64,000 bases of DNA, from NCBI GenBank assembly GCA_034520945.1, contig JAXHNB010000005.1:1-64000 (forward strand), written 5' to 3'. The notes beneath the pieces were generated by a model, which was not told the origin of the DNA, did not search any database, and was given only the letters and a program-made list of their open reading frames with translations. The stretch is from Trueperaceae bacterium (GTDB lineage: Bacteria > Deinococcota > Deinococci > Deinococcales > Trueperaceae). This document shows positions 50,295 to 61,302 of this stretch, piece by piece. Every line of letters starts with the position of its first letter. Positions within the stretch are counted from its first letter, which is position 1. Position numbers and translations under genes: made by a program.

Positions 50295-51857
50295 ATGCTC
50301 ACGCGCCGTAGCGGCATCCTGCTCCACCCCACCTCGCTCCCGGGCCCCTTCGGGATCGGCGAGCTGGGCCGCCACGCCCACGCCTGGGTCGACACCCTGG
50401 CCGACGCGGGCCAACGCGCCTGGCAGGTGATGCCGCTGGGCCCGACCGGCTTTGGGGACAGCCCGTACCAGTGCTTCAGCGCCTTCGCCGGCAACCCCTA
50501 CCTGATCAGCCTGGAGCGCCTGCAGGGGGAGGGCCTGCTCAGCGACGACGACCTGGCCGAAGGTCACGACCTGCCCGGCGACCGGGTGGACTACGGGCGG
50601 GTGATCGCGTTCAAGCTCGACATGCTGCGCCGCGCCGAGGCCCGCTTCGAGGCGGGCGCGCCCCCGGCGGAGCGGGCCGCGCGGGACGCCTTCACGCGGG
50701 AACAGGCCGACTGGCTGGATGACTACGCGGCGTTCATGGCGCTCAAGCAGGCGCACGACGGCCAGCCGTGGAACGCCTGGGATCCGGCCCTGCGGGACCG
50801 CGAGCCGGGCGCGCTGGCCGACGCGCTGGCGCAACACGCGGACGAGATCCGGCGGCAATCCACCTGGCAGTACTGGGTGCGGCGCGACTGGATGGCGGTG
50901 CGCCGCCACGCAGGCGAGCGCGGCATCGCGGTGATCGGCGACATCCCCATCTTCGTCGCCTACGACTCCGCCGACACCTGGGCCCAACGCGACGCGTTCT
51001 TCCTGGACGAGCAAGGAGCACCCACCGTGGTGGCGGGCGTGCCACCGGACTACTTCAGCGACACCGGGCAGCGCTGGGGCAACCCGCTCTACCGGTGGGA
51101 GGCGATGGCCGACGCGGGGTTCCCCTGGTGGATCCGCCGCTTCCGGGCCACGCTCGACTACTTCGACCTGATCCGTGTCGATCACTTCCGCGGCTTCGAA
51201 GCCTACTGGGAGATCCCCGCCCGTGAACCGACGGCGGTGAACGGGCGTTGGGTGCAAGGGCCCGGCCAACCGCTGTTCGACGCCCTGCGCGACGCGTTGG
51301 GCGAACTCCCGATCCTGGCGGAGGACCTCGGCGTGATCACCCCCGGCGTCGAGGAGCTGCGCGACGCCAACGGGTTTCCCGGCATGAAGGTGCTGCAGTT
51401 CGCCTTCGCCGCAGGCGCCAGCGACCCCTACCTGCCGCACAACTACCCCCGCAACTGCCTGGTGTACACCGGCACGCACGACAACGACACCACCCGCGGC
51501 TGGTACGCCGCGGCGCCGGAGGCGGAACGCGACCACGTGCGCCGCTACCTGGGCCGCGCAGACCACGAGGCGCCGTTCGAGTTGATCCGCGCCGCCCAGG
51601 CCAGCGTGGCCGACCTGGCCGTGTTCCCGCTGCAGGACGCCCTGGGCCTGGGCAGCGAAGCCCGCATGAACACCCCCGGGCGCGCCGAGGGCAACTGGAG
51701 TTGGCGCTTCGCCTGGGAGCAGCTGCCCGCCGAGCTGGTGGCGCGCCTGCGCGACATGGCGACGCTGTACGGGCGCACCGAGACCGGCGCGCCACGCGAC
51801 ACCCCCTACCGCCAGACGACCACGGGCGGTGGCACGGACGAGGAGGCGAAGAGATGA
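50295..51857 (+). CDS. malQ: 4-alpha-glucanotransferase (GH77)
   Basis: SGILLHPTSLPG, GDIPIFV, DHFRGF, AEDLG, GTHDND. Confidence 0.96.
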   Translation: MLTRRSGILLHPTSLPGPFGIGELGRHAHAWVDTLADAGQRAWQVMPLGPTGFGDSPYQCFSAFAGNPYLISLERLQGEGLLSDDDLAEGHDLPGDRVDYGRVIAFKLDMLRRAEARFEAGAPPAERAARDAFTREQADWLDDYAAFMALKQAHDGQPWNAWDPALRDREPGALADALAQHADEIRRQSTWQYWVRRDWMAVRRHAGERGIAVIGDIPIFVAYDSADTWAQRDAFFLDEQGAPTVVAGVPPDYFSDTGQRWGNPLYRWEAMADAGFPWWIRRFRATLDYFDLIRVDHFRGFEAYWEIPAREPTAVNGRWVQGPGQPLFDALRDALGELPILAEDLGVITPGVEELRDANGFPGMKVLQFAFAAGASDPYLPHNYPRNCLVYTGTHDNDTTRGWYAAAPEAERDHVRRYLGRADHEAPFELIRAAQASVADLAVFPLQDALGLGSEARMNTPGRAEGNWSWRFAWEQLPAELVARLRDMATLYGRTETGAPRDTPYRQTTTGGGTDEEAKR

Positions 51858-52390
51858 GGGCAGCACGGCGCACGCACGGCATTCCCCGCCAGGCCGGCCG
51901 GGTGCTGGCACCGGCATGGGCGATGGCCCTGACGTTGGCCTTGGCGGCGTGCGGGCCGCTGGCGGCCGACACCGGACCGCGCTACCCCTACGAGGAGGGC
52001 GCCACCTACGACGTCCGCGCCGGCGACACGTTGTACGTCACCGCGACCTACCCCATCGCCGAGATCGGGCTGAGCGAACAGGACGTGCGCGACGCACGCC
52101 TGAACTGGATCCCGGCGGGCTTCCGCGGCGAATCCGCCAACGCGTCGCGCCTGCTCCGCGCCGCCGAGCCCGACGCGCCGCCCGGCTGGCAGGTTCGCCC
52201 CTGGCAGACCCGGATGGTGCGCGAACGGCCGCTCGGGCGGACGCAGGCCGCCGACGCCTACCGCCTGGAGACCGAGCTCCGTGTCGACGTGCCCGAGGAG
52301 GCGTACGACCTCACGCGGCGCGTTCGCGTCGAACTGGCGGTGCAGGACGGCGACACCCTCGACTTCGACTTTTTGGTCCGCGCACGCTGA
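51854..52390 (+). CDS. Hypothetical lipoprotein
   Basis: ATGA overlap with malQ; lipobox LAAC. Confidence 0.7.
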   Translation: MRAARRTHGIPRQAGRVLAPAWAMALTLALAACGPLAADTGPRYPYEEGATYDVRAGDTLYVTATYPIAEIGLSEQDVRDARLNWIPAGFRGESANASRLLRAAEPDAPPGWQVRPWQTRMVRERPLGRTQAADAYRLETELRVDVPEEAYDLTRRVRVELAVQDGDTLDFDFLVRAR

Positions 52391-52396
52391 CACCGC

Positions 52397-52861
52397 TCAC
52401 GCGTCCGCGCGCTCCTCGCGCACCAGCCCCGTGACCCGCCACACGGGCGCCGCGCCCTCGGCCCCGCCCTCCTGGCGCCGAAGCGACAGCAGGTAGGCGG
52501 CGGCGCGGCCGTCCGCACCCGCGACCTCGACGCGCACGCGGGCCGCATCGTCCAGGCGCGCCCACGGCCCGAGCGCGGCCGCGTCGTGCCCCAGGAGCGG
52601 GGCGTGTGCGCTGTTCGCCAACAGGTCCGCCAGGTGCGCCGGCCCGCCGACGGCACGCGCCAAGCCCGGGCCCGCCACCGACCACAACGCCTCGGCGGCG
52701 GGACGTGCCTGGCGGGACGCCGCGAAGCAGGCCAGCAACGCCCGAATCAGCGTCTCGGGGTCGTCGCCCGGAAGGGTCGTTCCCGGGCGGCACGCCTCAG
52801 GCGGGGCCTCGCCGTCAGTCGTCGAGCCGCATCGAGACGTACTTGACCTCCAGGTATTCAT
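52397..52861 (-). CDS. Hypothetical protein (DUF4864-like pattern)
   Basis: APLLGH..RVRVEV..YLLSLRRQ..WRVTG; start uncertain. Confidence 0.5.
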   Translation of the reverse strand: MNTWRSSTSRCGSTTDGEAPPEACRPGTTLPGDDPETLIRALLACFAASRQARPAAEALWSVAGPGLARAVGGPAHLADLLANSAHAPLLGHDAAALGPWARLDDAARVRVEVAGADGRAAAYLLSLRRQEGGAEGAAPVWRVTGLVREERADA

Positions 52862-54251
52862 CGATGCCCCACGGGCCGCCCTCCCGGCCGACGCCGGACT
52901 GCTTCATGCCGCCGAACGGCGCGTTGGGCGCGCTGGGCACGCCGTCGTTCACGCCGACGATGCCGTACTCCAACGCCTCCGCAACGCGCCAGGCGCGGCT
53001 CAGGTCGTTGGTGTACGTGTACGCCGCCAGTCCGTAGGGGGTGTCGTTGGCCAGCGCGATCGCCTCCGATTCGCTGGCGAAGCTCAGGATCGGCGCGACC
53101 GGTCCGAACGTCTCCTCGTTCATCATCGTCATGGCGGGCGTGACGCCGGTCAGTACGGTGGGGAGGTAGTACAGGTCGTGGTCCACCTCGCCGCCGAGGC
53201 GCAGGGTGGCGCCCTTGGCGAGCGCGTCCCGCACGTGCTCCTGGACCTTGGTCATCCCCTGCGCGTCCACCAGCGGCCCGATGTCGGTGGCGTCGTCCAT
53301 GGGGTCGCCCACCCGCAGCGCCCGGCTGGCCGCCACGTAGCGCTCCGTGAACGCCTCCGCGACGTCCTGGTGGACGTAGATGCGGTTGGTACAGACGCAG
53401 GTCTGCCCGGCGTTGCGGTACTTGCAGGCGATCGACTCGCGGACCGCCTGATCGAGGTCGGCGTCGTCGAACACCAAAAACGGCGCGTGCCCGCCCAGCT
53501 CCAGGCTGAGCTTCTTGATGGTGTCCGCGCTCTGCCGGTAGAGGATCCGTCCCACCTCGGTACTGCCGGTGAAGGTGACCTTGCGGATGCGGGGGTCGGC
53601 CATGAGCGCTTCGCTGAGCGGCGCGGGGTCCGCGGCGGGGAGGATCTGCAGGGTGCCTTCGGGTCCGCCGGCCTCGCGCCACAGTTCGCCGAGGAGCAGC
53701 GCGGTGAGCGGGGTCTGCTCGGCCGGCTTGTGCACGAAGGTGCACCCCGCCGCCAGGGCGGGCGCGGCCTTGCGCGTCACCATCGCGGCCGGGAAGTTCC
53801 AGGGGGTCACGCCGTAGACCGGCCCGACCGGTTGCCGCAGGGCCAGGCCGCGCTTGGCGCGATTCGTGGTCGGGAACACCTCGCCGTAGGTGCGCGTGGC
53901 CTCCTCGGCGTACCACCGCACGAAGCCGGCGGCGTAGGCGATCTCGCCGCGCGCCTCCCGGATCGGCTTGCCCATCTCGCGCGTCATGACCCGGGCCAGC
54001 GCCTCCTGTTCGGACATGATCAGGTCGTGCCACCGCCGGAGCACCTCGGCGCGCTCGAAGGCGCTGCGGGCCCGCCACTCCTCGAAGGCCCGCCAGGCCA
54101 CGCTCGCGGCGTGATCCGCCACGTCGGCCCCGCAGTCGGCGACGTGGGCGATCACCTCGCCGTCAGCGGGGCCGTACACCGCGAAGCTGGAGCGGCCCTC
54201 GTGCCAGGCGTCGGACAGGTAGCGTCGTTCGACCGTCTCTAGGCTGACCAT
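52815..54251 (-). CDS. gabD: NAD(P)-dependent succinate-semialdehyde dehydrogenase
   Basis: PWNFP, FTGSTEVG, LELGGHAP, AGQTCVC, EETFGP. Confidence 0.88.
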   Translation of the reverse strand: MVSLETVERRYLSDAWHEGRSSFAVYGPADGEVIAHVADCGADVADHAASVAWRAFEEWRARSAFERAEVLRRWHDLIMSEQEALARVMTREMGKPIREARGEIAYAAGFVRWYAEEATRTYGEVFPTTNRAKRGLALRQPVGPVYGVTPWNFPAAMVTRKAAPALAAGCTFVHKPAEQTPLTALLLGELWREAGGPEGTLQILPAADPAPLSEALMADPRIRKVTFTGSTEVGRILYRQSADTIKKLSLELGGHAPFLVFDDADLDQAVRESIACKYRNAGQTCVCTNRIYVHQDVAEAFTERYVAASRALRVGDPMDDATDIGPLVDAQGMTKVQEHVRDALAKGATLRLGGEVDHDLYYLPTVLTGVTPAMTMMNEETFGPVAPILSFASESEAIALANDTPYGLAAYTYTNDLSRAWRVAEALEYGIVGVNDGVPSAPNAPFGGMKQSGVGREGGPWGIDEYLEVKYVSMRLDD

Positions 54252-54323
54252 GCCCGCAGCATAGCGCAGGGCGCTGCGTCGCCGCCGTCTCGGCGGGGCG
54301 GCCGCGGCGGGCCCGGGCGGACG

Positions 54324-55823
54324 TCAGGCGGCGCGTTGGCGTATCAGGTTCTGGGCGATCTTGGCGCTGGACAGGACGCCTGGCAGGCCCGCCCCCGGGT
54401 GCGTGCCGGCCCCGACGAAGTAGAGGTTCTCCAACTCCTCGCTGCGGTTGTGGGGCCGGAACCAGGCGGACTGCCGCAGGGTCGGCGCGAACGAAAAGGC
54501 CGACCCGAGGTGGCTGCGCAGGGTGTCCTGGAAGTGCAGCGGGTCGATGTGGCGCTCGGTGACGATGTGCCGCGACAGGCCGGGCAGGACGTGCGCTTCG
54601 AGGTGCTCGACGATGGCGTCGCGGTAGGGACCGGCCTCGTCGCGCCAGTCGATGCCGCTCTTCAGGTTCGGAACCGGCGACAGCACGTAGAACGCCTCGT
54701 GCCCCTCCGGCGCCATGGCGGGATCGGTGTAGGACGGCATGTGCAGGTACAGGCTGAAATCCGGGGGCAGGCGACCGTCGTTGTGGAACACGTCGTGCAG
54801 CAGCTCGCGGTAGCGCCGGCCCAGCAGGATGTTGTGGTGCCTCAACGTCCCCTCGTGACGGTACTGCCGGTCGGTGCCGAAGTACAGCACGAACAGGCCC
54901 ATGGCGTAGTCCATGCGCTGCAGCTTGGCGTCGGTGTAGGTGCGTCGGTGGCGCGGCGCGATCAGCTTCGCGTAGGTCGTGGCGACGTCGGCGTTGGAGA
55001 CGACGTCGTTGGCGTAGACGACCTCGCCGCCTTCCAGCCGTACGCCGCGGGCGCGGGGGCGGGCGCCGTCCTCGACCAGGATCTCGGCGACCGGCGCGTT
55101 CAGGTGGATGGTGCCGCCGAGGTCGCGAATCAGCGCCTCGAGTCCCGCGACCAGCGCCCCCGTGCCGCCCATCGCGTACCACACGCCCCAGTGGCGTTCC
55201 AGGTAGTGGATCATGGCGTAGATGCTGGGCGTCTCGAACGGGTTGCCGCCCACCAGCAGCGGATGGAAGCTGAACACCCGGCGCAGGAACGGGTCCTCGA
55301 CGAACTGAGCCAGGTAGTCGTACACCGACTTGTAGCTCTGCATGCGGAGCAGGTCCGGCGCCACCTTCACCATGTCCCACGGGGACAAGAACGGCTGGTC
55401 GGCCAGCTCTTCGAACCCCTTCTCGAAGATCGCGCGGGTGCTGTGCATGAAGTTCAGGTAGCCGCGCTTGTCACTGGGGTTGCGGTCGTGGATCTGCTGC
55501 AGGATGGCCATCTCGTCGTCTCCGTAGTCGAACGGACGGTCGTCGGCGTCGAAGATCCGGTAGAACGGGTCGCACTTCACGAACGGCACCTGCGCCTCGC
55601 GGCGCCGGCCGGCCAGCGCCCACAACTCGTCGAACATCCAGGGCGCCGTGATGATGGTGGGGCCGCCGTCGAAACGGAAGCCGTCCTGGTGGTAGGTGTA
55701 GGCCCGGCCGCCCAGCGCGTCGCGCGCCTCGAACATGGTGACGTCGTGCCCGTCGGCCAAGAGGCGCACGGCCGTGGCGAGCCCGCCGAAGCCGCTTCCG
55801 ATGATGATCACGTGTCGCTTCAC
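54324..55823 (-). CDS. crtI: Phytoene desaturase family
   Basis: [39 protein letters not shown]. Confidence 0.9.
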   Translation of the reverse strand: MKRHVIIIGSGFGGLATAVRLLADGHDVTMFEARDALGGRAYTYHQDGFRFDGGPTIITAPWMFDELWALAGRRREAQVPFVKCDPFYRIFDADDRPFDYGDDEMAILQQIHDRNPSDKRGYLNFMHSTRAIFEKGFEELADQPFLSPWDMVKVAPDLLRMQSYKSVYDYLAQFVEDPFLRRVFSFHPLLVGGNPFETPSIYAMIHYLERHWGVWYAMGGTGALVAGLEALIRDLGGTIHLNAPVAEILVEDGARPRARGVRLEGGEVVYANDVVSNADVATTYAKLIAPRHRRTYTDAKLQRMDYAMGLFVLYFGTDRQYRHEGTLRHHNILLGRRYRELLHDVFHNDGRLPPDFSLYLHMPSYTDPAMAPEGHEAFYVLSPVPNLKSGIDWRDEAGPYRDAIVEHLEAHVLPGLSRHIVTERHIDPLHFQDTLRSHLGSAFSFAPTLRQSAWFRPHNRSEELENLYFVGAGTHPGAGLPGVLSSAKIAQNLIRQRAA

Positions 55824-55874
55824 GCGCAGAGTATAGGCGTCCGCGCCGCGCCGCCGGGTCCCGCGCCGTGCACG

Positions 55875-57053
55875 TCAGTCCGCCCGAGGGGACGAAGCCG
55901 CCTCGCGTTCGGGCCGCATCAGGTCGTCGGGCGTCTCCCGGCGCCGCGCCAGCCAGGCCTCATCGCCGCGCACCGCGACCTCGGCCGGACGCAGCTCGGA
56001 GGCGTAATTGGACGCCATCGCGAAGCCGTAGGCGCCGGCCCGTTCGACCGCCAGCAGGTCGCCCGGCCCCGCCGCCAACGTCCGCTCGCGCCCCAAGCGG
56101 TCGGCGTTCTCGCACAGGGGACCGTCCACGTCGCCGTGCCCGTCCGGCGCGGCGGACGGGCCGACCCGGCGGATGGGGTGATGGGCGTCGTACAGGGCCG
56201 GGCGGAGCAGCTGCGCCATGCCGGCGTCGGTGATCCAGTGGGTGGGCGGGCCCTCCTTGCGCCACAGGACGCGGGTGAGGAGCGTCCCCGCGTCGGCCGT
56301 CACCCAGCGGCCGGGCTCCAGGATCAGGCTCGCGCCGTGCTGCGCCAGCCAGGGTCGCACCCGCGCCGCCAACGCCTCCAGCGGGAAGTCGGGCACGGCG
56401 AACCCGCCGCCCAGGTTCAGGGTGTCGGCCGCGGGAAAGGCACGGAACAGCGGCGTCAATCCCTCGAGGATGCGCTGGTGCACGCCCACGTCGGTGATCA
56501 TCGATCCGGCGTGCACGTGGAACCCCGCCAGGCGCCCCGCGTCCTGCACCCGCGTTGCCAGCGCGCGCGCCGCGGCGGGGGGCAGGCCGAACTTCGAGCC
56601 CGCCGCGCCGGTCGCGAGGTGGGCGTGCGTGCCCGGGTCCAAACCGGGATGGACCCGCACCAGGAAGCGGGCCCCCTGGGGCGCCCGCGCCCGCCAGGCC
56701 TCCCACTGCCCTTCGTGGTCCAGGCTGACGTGCGCCACGGGCGCCTCGGCCGCCCACGCCCGCAGGCGTTCGTCCTGGCCGGGCCCCCCGACCAAGGTGC
56801 GGCCGGCCGGCACGCCCGCCGCGTGGGCACGGACGGCTTCGCCCAGCGTGATCACCTCGGCCCCGACGCCGGCGGCGGCCATGGTCCGCAGCACGCAGGC
56901 GGCGGGGTTGGCCTTGACGGCGTAGCGCAGCGCCGCGCCGGGAAAGGCGGACCGGAGCCGGTCGATCCGGGCCTCGACGGCGCCCAGGTCGTACACGTAC
57001 AACGGCGTGCCGTACGCCTCGGCGAGGGCCTGAAGGCGGGCGTCCGTAGGCAT
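55875..57053 (-). CDS. lysA: Diaminopimelate decarboxylase
   Basis: YGTPLYVYD, YAVKAN, HVHAGS, EPGR, CENAD, GAYG..MASNY. Confidence 0.9.
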   Translation of the reverse strand: MPTDARLQALAEAYGTPLYVYDLGAVEARIDRLRSAFPGAALRYAVKANPAACVLRTMAAAGVGAEVITLGEAVRAHAAGVPAGRTLVGGPGQDERLRAWAAEAPVAHVSLDHEGQWEAWRARAPQGARFLVRVHPGLDPGTHAHLATGAAGSKFGLPPAAARALATRVQDAGRLAGFHVHAGSMITDVGVHQRILEGLTPLFRAFPAADTLNLGGGFAVPDFPLEALAARVRPWLAQHGASLILEPGRWVTADAGTLLTRVLWRKEGPPTHWITDAGMAQLLRPALYDAHHPIRRVGPSAAPDGHGDVDGPLCENADRLGRERTLAAGPGDLLAVERAGAYGFAMASNYASELRPAEVAVRGDEAWLARRRETPDDLMRPEREAASSPRAD

Positions 57054-57104
57054 CGTCGGCGAGCCTATCAAGCGGGTCTCGCCGTGGCTGCTAAGCTCAC
57101 CGGC

Positions 57105-57668
57105 ATGATGAACCGCCAGGTGCGCCGCATCGAGGAGCGCAAGGAACGCAAGACCGAGAAGGACAAGGCCAAGGCGAAGGAGGAACGCGAGGCCCGAAAG
57201 CGCGAGGTGCAAGAGCGCCGCAAGCGCCGGCGCGAGGCGTCCAAGCGCGGCGGCGAGGGGGGCGGCAAGGAAACCGCCGCCAGCGGCAGCGAGGAGGGCG
57301 CCGCGAAGTCCGGTGGCAAGCGGCGCTCCAATCCGGGGCGGTTCGCGGGCGCGCTGATGGTGGCGACGGTGTTCTTCATCGTGTTGCAGGCGGTGGCGCC
57401 GCCCGACGACACCATCGCGGGGCAACTGGTGTCGTCCAGCTTCTACCTGTTGTTCGGGTACTTCTCGGTGCTGTGGATGATGCGGCGCGGCCGGGCCCAC
57501 GCCGTGCGCTACGCCGTGATCGGCGCGGCCGCGCTGGGGGTGGGCACGGCGGCCAGCCGGCTGGTGCAGCCGGGGATGGAGCTCGCGCCGCTGATGCTGG
57601 CCCTGATCCTCCCCTTGGCGGTGGCGGGCGCGCTGCTGGGTCGCGTCGTGTACCTGAATGCCCCCTGA
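57105..57668 (+). CDS. Hypothetical membrane protein with charged N-terminus
   Basis: Lys/Arg/Glu-rich N-terminus, ~4 TMs; TAAGCT 7 nt before ATG. Confidence 0.75.
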   Translation: MMNRQVRRIEERKERKTEKDKAKAKEEREARKREVQERRKRRREASKRGGEGGGKETAASGSEEGAAKSGGKRRSNPGRFAGALMVATVFFIVLQAVAPPDDTIAGQLVSSSFYLLFGYFSVLWMMRRGRAHAVRYAVIGAAALGVGTAASRLVQPGMELAPLMLALILPLAVAGALLGRVVYLNAP

Positions 57669-58392
57669 CGCCGTGTGGGACCGGCCGGCCGTGATCGGGG
57701 CGATGCCGGAGGAGATCCGTCGCCTGACGGCCGCGCTGGCGCGCCCGCAACGGTGGACGCGGGGACCGTTCGCGCTGCACCGCGGCCGGGCGTTCGGTCG
57801 CGAGGTCACGGTGGCCGAGTGCGGCGTCGGCAAGGTCAACGCCGCCGCGTTGGCGCAGCAACTGCTGGTGGACGGCGCGACGGCGGTGGTGTTCACCGGC
57901 GTGGCCGGCGCGGTCGACCCGTCGCTGCGGGTCGGCGACGTGGTCGTGTCCGAGGACGCTGTCCAGCACGACGTGGACGTGACGCCGCTCGGCTACGCGC
58001 GGGGGTGCGTGCCCGGCCAGCCGCTGGCGTGGCCGGCCGACGCCGAACTGCGCGAGGCCGCGCTGGCGGCCGCCCGCGAGGCCGCCCGCGCGGCGGGGTC
58101 CGAGCACGCGGTGGTGCTCGGCCGGGTCGCCTCGGGTGACCAGTTCATCGCCGACGCCGCCCGGACCGCGGCGTTGGCGTCCGAGTTCGGGGCAAGCTGC
58201 ACCGAGATGGAGGGGGCGGCCGTGGCGCAGGTGTGCGCCCGCTGGGGCGTGCCGTGGGTGATCGTGCGCGTGATCAGCGACACCGCCGACTTTGGTGCAT
58301 CGCACGACTTTCGCGCGTTCACGGAGCTGGCGGCGGAACGGGCGGAAGCCGTCGTCCGCGGGATCCTGGGGCGCCTCGAACAGGGCGCGTAG
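57658..58392 (+). CDS. mtnN: MTA/SAH nucleosidase
   Basis: IGAMPEE, GVGKVNAA, GDQFI, EMEGAA, RVISD. Confidence 0.93.
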   Translation: MPPDAVWDRPAVIGAMPEEIRRLTAALARPQRWTRGPFALHRGRAFGREVTVAECGVGKVNAAALAQQLLVDGATAVVFTGVAGAVDPSLRVGDVVVSEDAVQHDVDVTPLGYARGCVPGQPLAWPADAELREAALAAAREAARAAGSEHAVVLGRVASGDQFIADAARTAALASEFGASCTEMEGAAVAQVCARWGVPWVIVRVISDTADFGASHDFRAFTELAAERAEAVVRGILGRLEQGA

Positions 58393-58559
58393 TGGCGCGG
58401 GAACGGGCAGGCGGCGCGCTGCGGTAGCATGACCGGCGCCGCGGGTGGCGCCCGACGCCGGCACGCCCGCCAAGGACGCGACGCGCGCATGGGCGCGGGG
58501 CGGGACCGGCGCAAACCCCGGGTCGGCCCCGGCCGCCCGATGCAGGAGGAGACGGCCGC

Positions 58560-61280
58560 ATGGCAGACGTATTGGACGACATGCTCGACCTCGACCGGTC
58601 GCAGTTGAGCTCGGAGGAACGGGCCGAGCTCGACCGGATCGAGACGCGCGAGTGGATGGAATCGCTGGACTACGTGCTGGCGTCGGGCGGCGCGCCACGT
58701 GTGCGCGAAATCCTGGAACGGCTCGAGGTGCACGCCCACCGCCACGGGGTCGACGTGCCGTTCAGCGCGGAAACGCCGTACCTGAACACCATTTCCGTCG
58801 AGGCGCAGCCGGCGTATCCCGGCGACCTGACGATGGAGCGCCGCATCCGGGCGCTGGTCCGCTGGAACGCCATGGCGATGGTGGTGCGTGCCAACAAGCA
58901 CTCCGACGGCATCGGCGGGCACCTGTCCACCTACGCCTCGGCCTCGATGCTGTACGAGGTCGGCTTCAACCACTTCTTCCGCGGGCACGGGCGCGGCGCG
59001 GACCGTGACCTGGTCTACTTCCAGGGGCACGCCAGCCCCGGCATCTACGCCCGCAGCTACCTGGAGGGCCGCTTCGAGGCGCAGCACCTCCGCAACTTCC
59101 GCCGCGAGCTGCAAGGCGAGCCGGGCCTGTCCAGTTATCCGCACCCGTGGCTGATGCCGGACTACTGGGAGTTCCCCACCGTGTCGATGGGGCTGGCGGC
59201 GCCGATGTCGATCTACAACGCCCGCTACGCCCGTTACCTCGAGGCGCGGGGCTTGAAGGAAAAGGGCGACGGCAAGGTGTGGGCCTTCATCGGCGACGGC
59301 GAGACCGACGAGCCGGAGACGATGGGCCCCATCAAGATCGCCTCCCGCGAGAATCTGGACAACCTGATCTGGGTGATCAACTGCAACCTGCAGCGCCTGG
59401 ACGGCCCCGTGTACGGCAACGGCAAGATCATCCAGGAGCTCGAGGCGATCTTCCGCGGCGCCGGCTGGAACGTGATCAAGGTCGCCTGGGGCAGCGGCTG
59501 GGACGCCCTGCTGCAGAAGGACGACCAGGGGTTGCTGGCGCAGCGCTTCGACCGGATGGTGGACGGCGAGTCGCAACGCTACGCCGCGTTCGGCGCGCCG
59601 GAGCTCCGCGAACGCTTCTTCGACACGCCCGAACTGGCGGCGCTGATCGAAGGGTGGAGCGACGACGACCTGGCGACCCTGAACCGGGGCGGGCACGACG
59701 CCAAGAAGGTGTACGCCGCCTACGACGCGGCGGTGAAGCACCGCGGCAGTCCGACCGTCATCCTGGCGCGGACGGTGAAGGGCTACGGCCTGGGCGACAC
59801 GGCCGAAGCGCGCAACCCCGCGCACCAGACCAAGAAGCTGGACGAGGACGGCATGCGGGCGCTTCGGGACCGCTTGGAGATTCCGATCTCCGACGAGGCC
59901 ATCGGCGACGACCCGTTCTACCGCCCAGAAGCGGACGCGCCCGAGGCGCGCTACCTCCAGGAGCGGCGCGAAGCGTTGGGCGGCTACCTGCCCAAGCGCG
60001 AGGTCCAGGTCGAGCCGCTCGAGGCGCCCCCGGCCGAGCTGTTCGAGGAGTTCTTCGAAGGCACCGGCGACCGGGCGGTGTCGACCACCATGGTGTTCGT
60101 CTCGGTGCTCCGCAAGCTGCTTCGCGACGACACGTGGGGCGACCGCATCGTGCCGATCATTCCGGACGAGGCCCGCACCTTCGGCATGGAGGCGCTGTTC
60201 CGCCAGATCGGCATCTACAGCCCCACCGGCCAGCTGTACGAACCGGTCGACCGTGAGAACCTGCTGTACTACAAGGAAAGCAAGGATGGCGCCATCCTCG
60301 AGGAGGGCATCACCGAGGTGGGCGCCATGTCCAGCTTCATCGCCGCCGGCACCAGCTACGCCAACTACGGCGTGACCACGGTGCCGTTCTACGTGTACTA
60401 CTCCATGTTCGGATTTCAACGCATCGGCGATTTCGCCTGGGCGGCCGGCGACGTGCGGGCCAAGGGGTTCATGCTGGGCGCGACCGCCGGCCGCACCACC
60501 CTGGCCGGCGAGGGGCTCCAGCACCAGGACGGCCACAGCCACCTGCTGGCGCTGCCGATCCCCAACCTCGAGGCGTACGACCCGTCCTTCGCCTACGAGC
60601 TGGCCACCATCATCCGGTATGGCATGAAGCGCATGTACCAGGACGGCGAAGACGTGTACTACTACCTCTCCGTCGAGAACGAGAACATCCGTCAGCCGGC
60701 CGCCCCGGAACACCTGTCCCGCGAAGCGTTGGAGGATGGAATCCTGCGGGGCCTGTACCTGTTCCGTCCCTCCCAGCGGCGGTTCCACGCCCGGGCGCAG
60801 CTGTTCGGTTCCGGTGCGATCATGGGCGAGGTGATGGCCGCCCAGGAGATGCTCGAGTCCTACAAGGTGGCGGCCGACGTGTGGAGCGTCACCAGCTACA
60901 AGGCGCTGCACCGCGACGCGACCGAGGTCGCGCGCCGCAACCGCCTGCGTAGCGAGGGCGAGGCCGAACGGCCGTACCTGGCGCGCCTGTTGGACGACGC
61001 CGAGGGTCCGCTTCTGGCCGCCAGCGACTACGTCAAGGCGCTGCCGGACATGCTGGCCCCCTACCTGCCACGCCCGATGCGCTCGCTGGGAACCGACGGG
61101 TTCGGCCGCAGCGAGGCGCGAGAGGAACTGCGCGACTTCTTCGAGGTCGACGCCAAGCACATCGTGCACGCCACGCTTCGCGCGCTCGTCGACGAGGGCG
61201 ACCTCGACGCGGACGTGCTGAAGCAGGCCGTCTCGGACCTGGGCATCCGCCCGGACCGGCCCGACCCCCGGCGGTCGTAG
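58560..61280 (+). CDS. aceE: Pyruvate dehydrogenase E1 (homodimeric)
   Basis: [44 protein letters not shown]. Confidence 0.96.
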   Translation: MADVLDDMLDLDRSQLSSEERAELDRIETREWMESLDYVLASGGAPRVREILERLEVHAHRHGVDVPFSAETPYLNTISVEAQPAYPGDLTMERRIRALVRWNAMAMVVRANKHSDGIGGHLSTYASASMLYEVGFNHFFRGHGRGADRDLVYFQGHASPGIYARSYLEGRFEAQHLRNFRRELQGEPGLSSYPHPWLMPDYWEFPTVSMGLAAPMSIYNARYARYLEARGLKEKGDGKVWAFIGDGETDEPETMGPIKIASRENLDNLIWVINCNLQRLDGPVYGNGKIIQELEAIFRGAGWNVIKVAWGSGWDALLQKDDQGLLAQRFDRMVDGESQRYAAFGAPELRERFFDTPELAALIEGWSDDDLATLNRGGHDAKKVYAAYDAAVKHRGSPTVILARTVKGYGLGDTAEARNPAHQTKKLDEDGMRALRDRLEIPISDEAIGDDPFYRPEADAPEARYLQERREALGGYLPKREVQVEPLEAPPAELFEEFFEGTGDRAVSTTMVFVSVLRKLLRDDTWGDRIVPIIPDEARTFGMEALFRQIGIYSPTGQLYEPVDRENLLYYKESKDGAILEEGITEVGAMSSFIAAGTSYANYGVTTVPFYVYYSMFGFQRIGDFAWAAGDVRAKGFMLGATAGRTTLAGEGLQHQDGHSHLLALPIPNLEAYDPSFAYELATIIRYGMKRMYQDGEDVYYYLSVENENIRQPAAPEHLSREALEDGILRGLYLFRPSQRRFHARAQLFGSGAIMGEVMAAQEMLESYKVAADVWSVTSYKALHRDATEVARRNRLRSEGEAERPYLARLLDDAEGPLLAASDYVKALPDMLAPYLPRPMRSLGTDGFGRSEAREELRDFFEVDAKHIVHATLRALVDEGDLDADVLKQAVSDLGIRPDRPDPRRS

Positions 61281-61302
61281 CCAAGGAACGGAAGGTACGG
61301 AC

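Noticed and set aside
46937..51917. 852-aa and 890-aa minus-strand ORFs
   Set aside because: Shadows of the permeases and malQ.
54336..57104. First ~920 aa of the 1110-aa plus-strand ORF
   Set aside because: Antisense to crtI and lysA; only 57105-57668 looks like a real gene.
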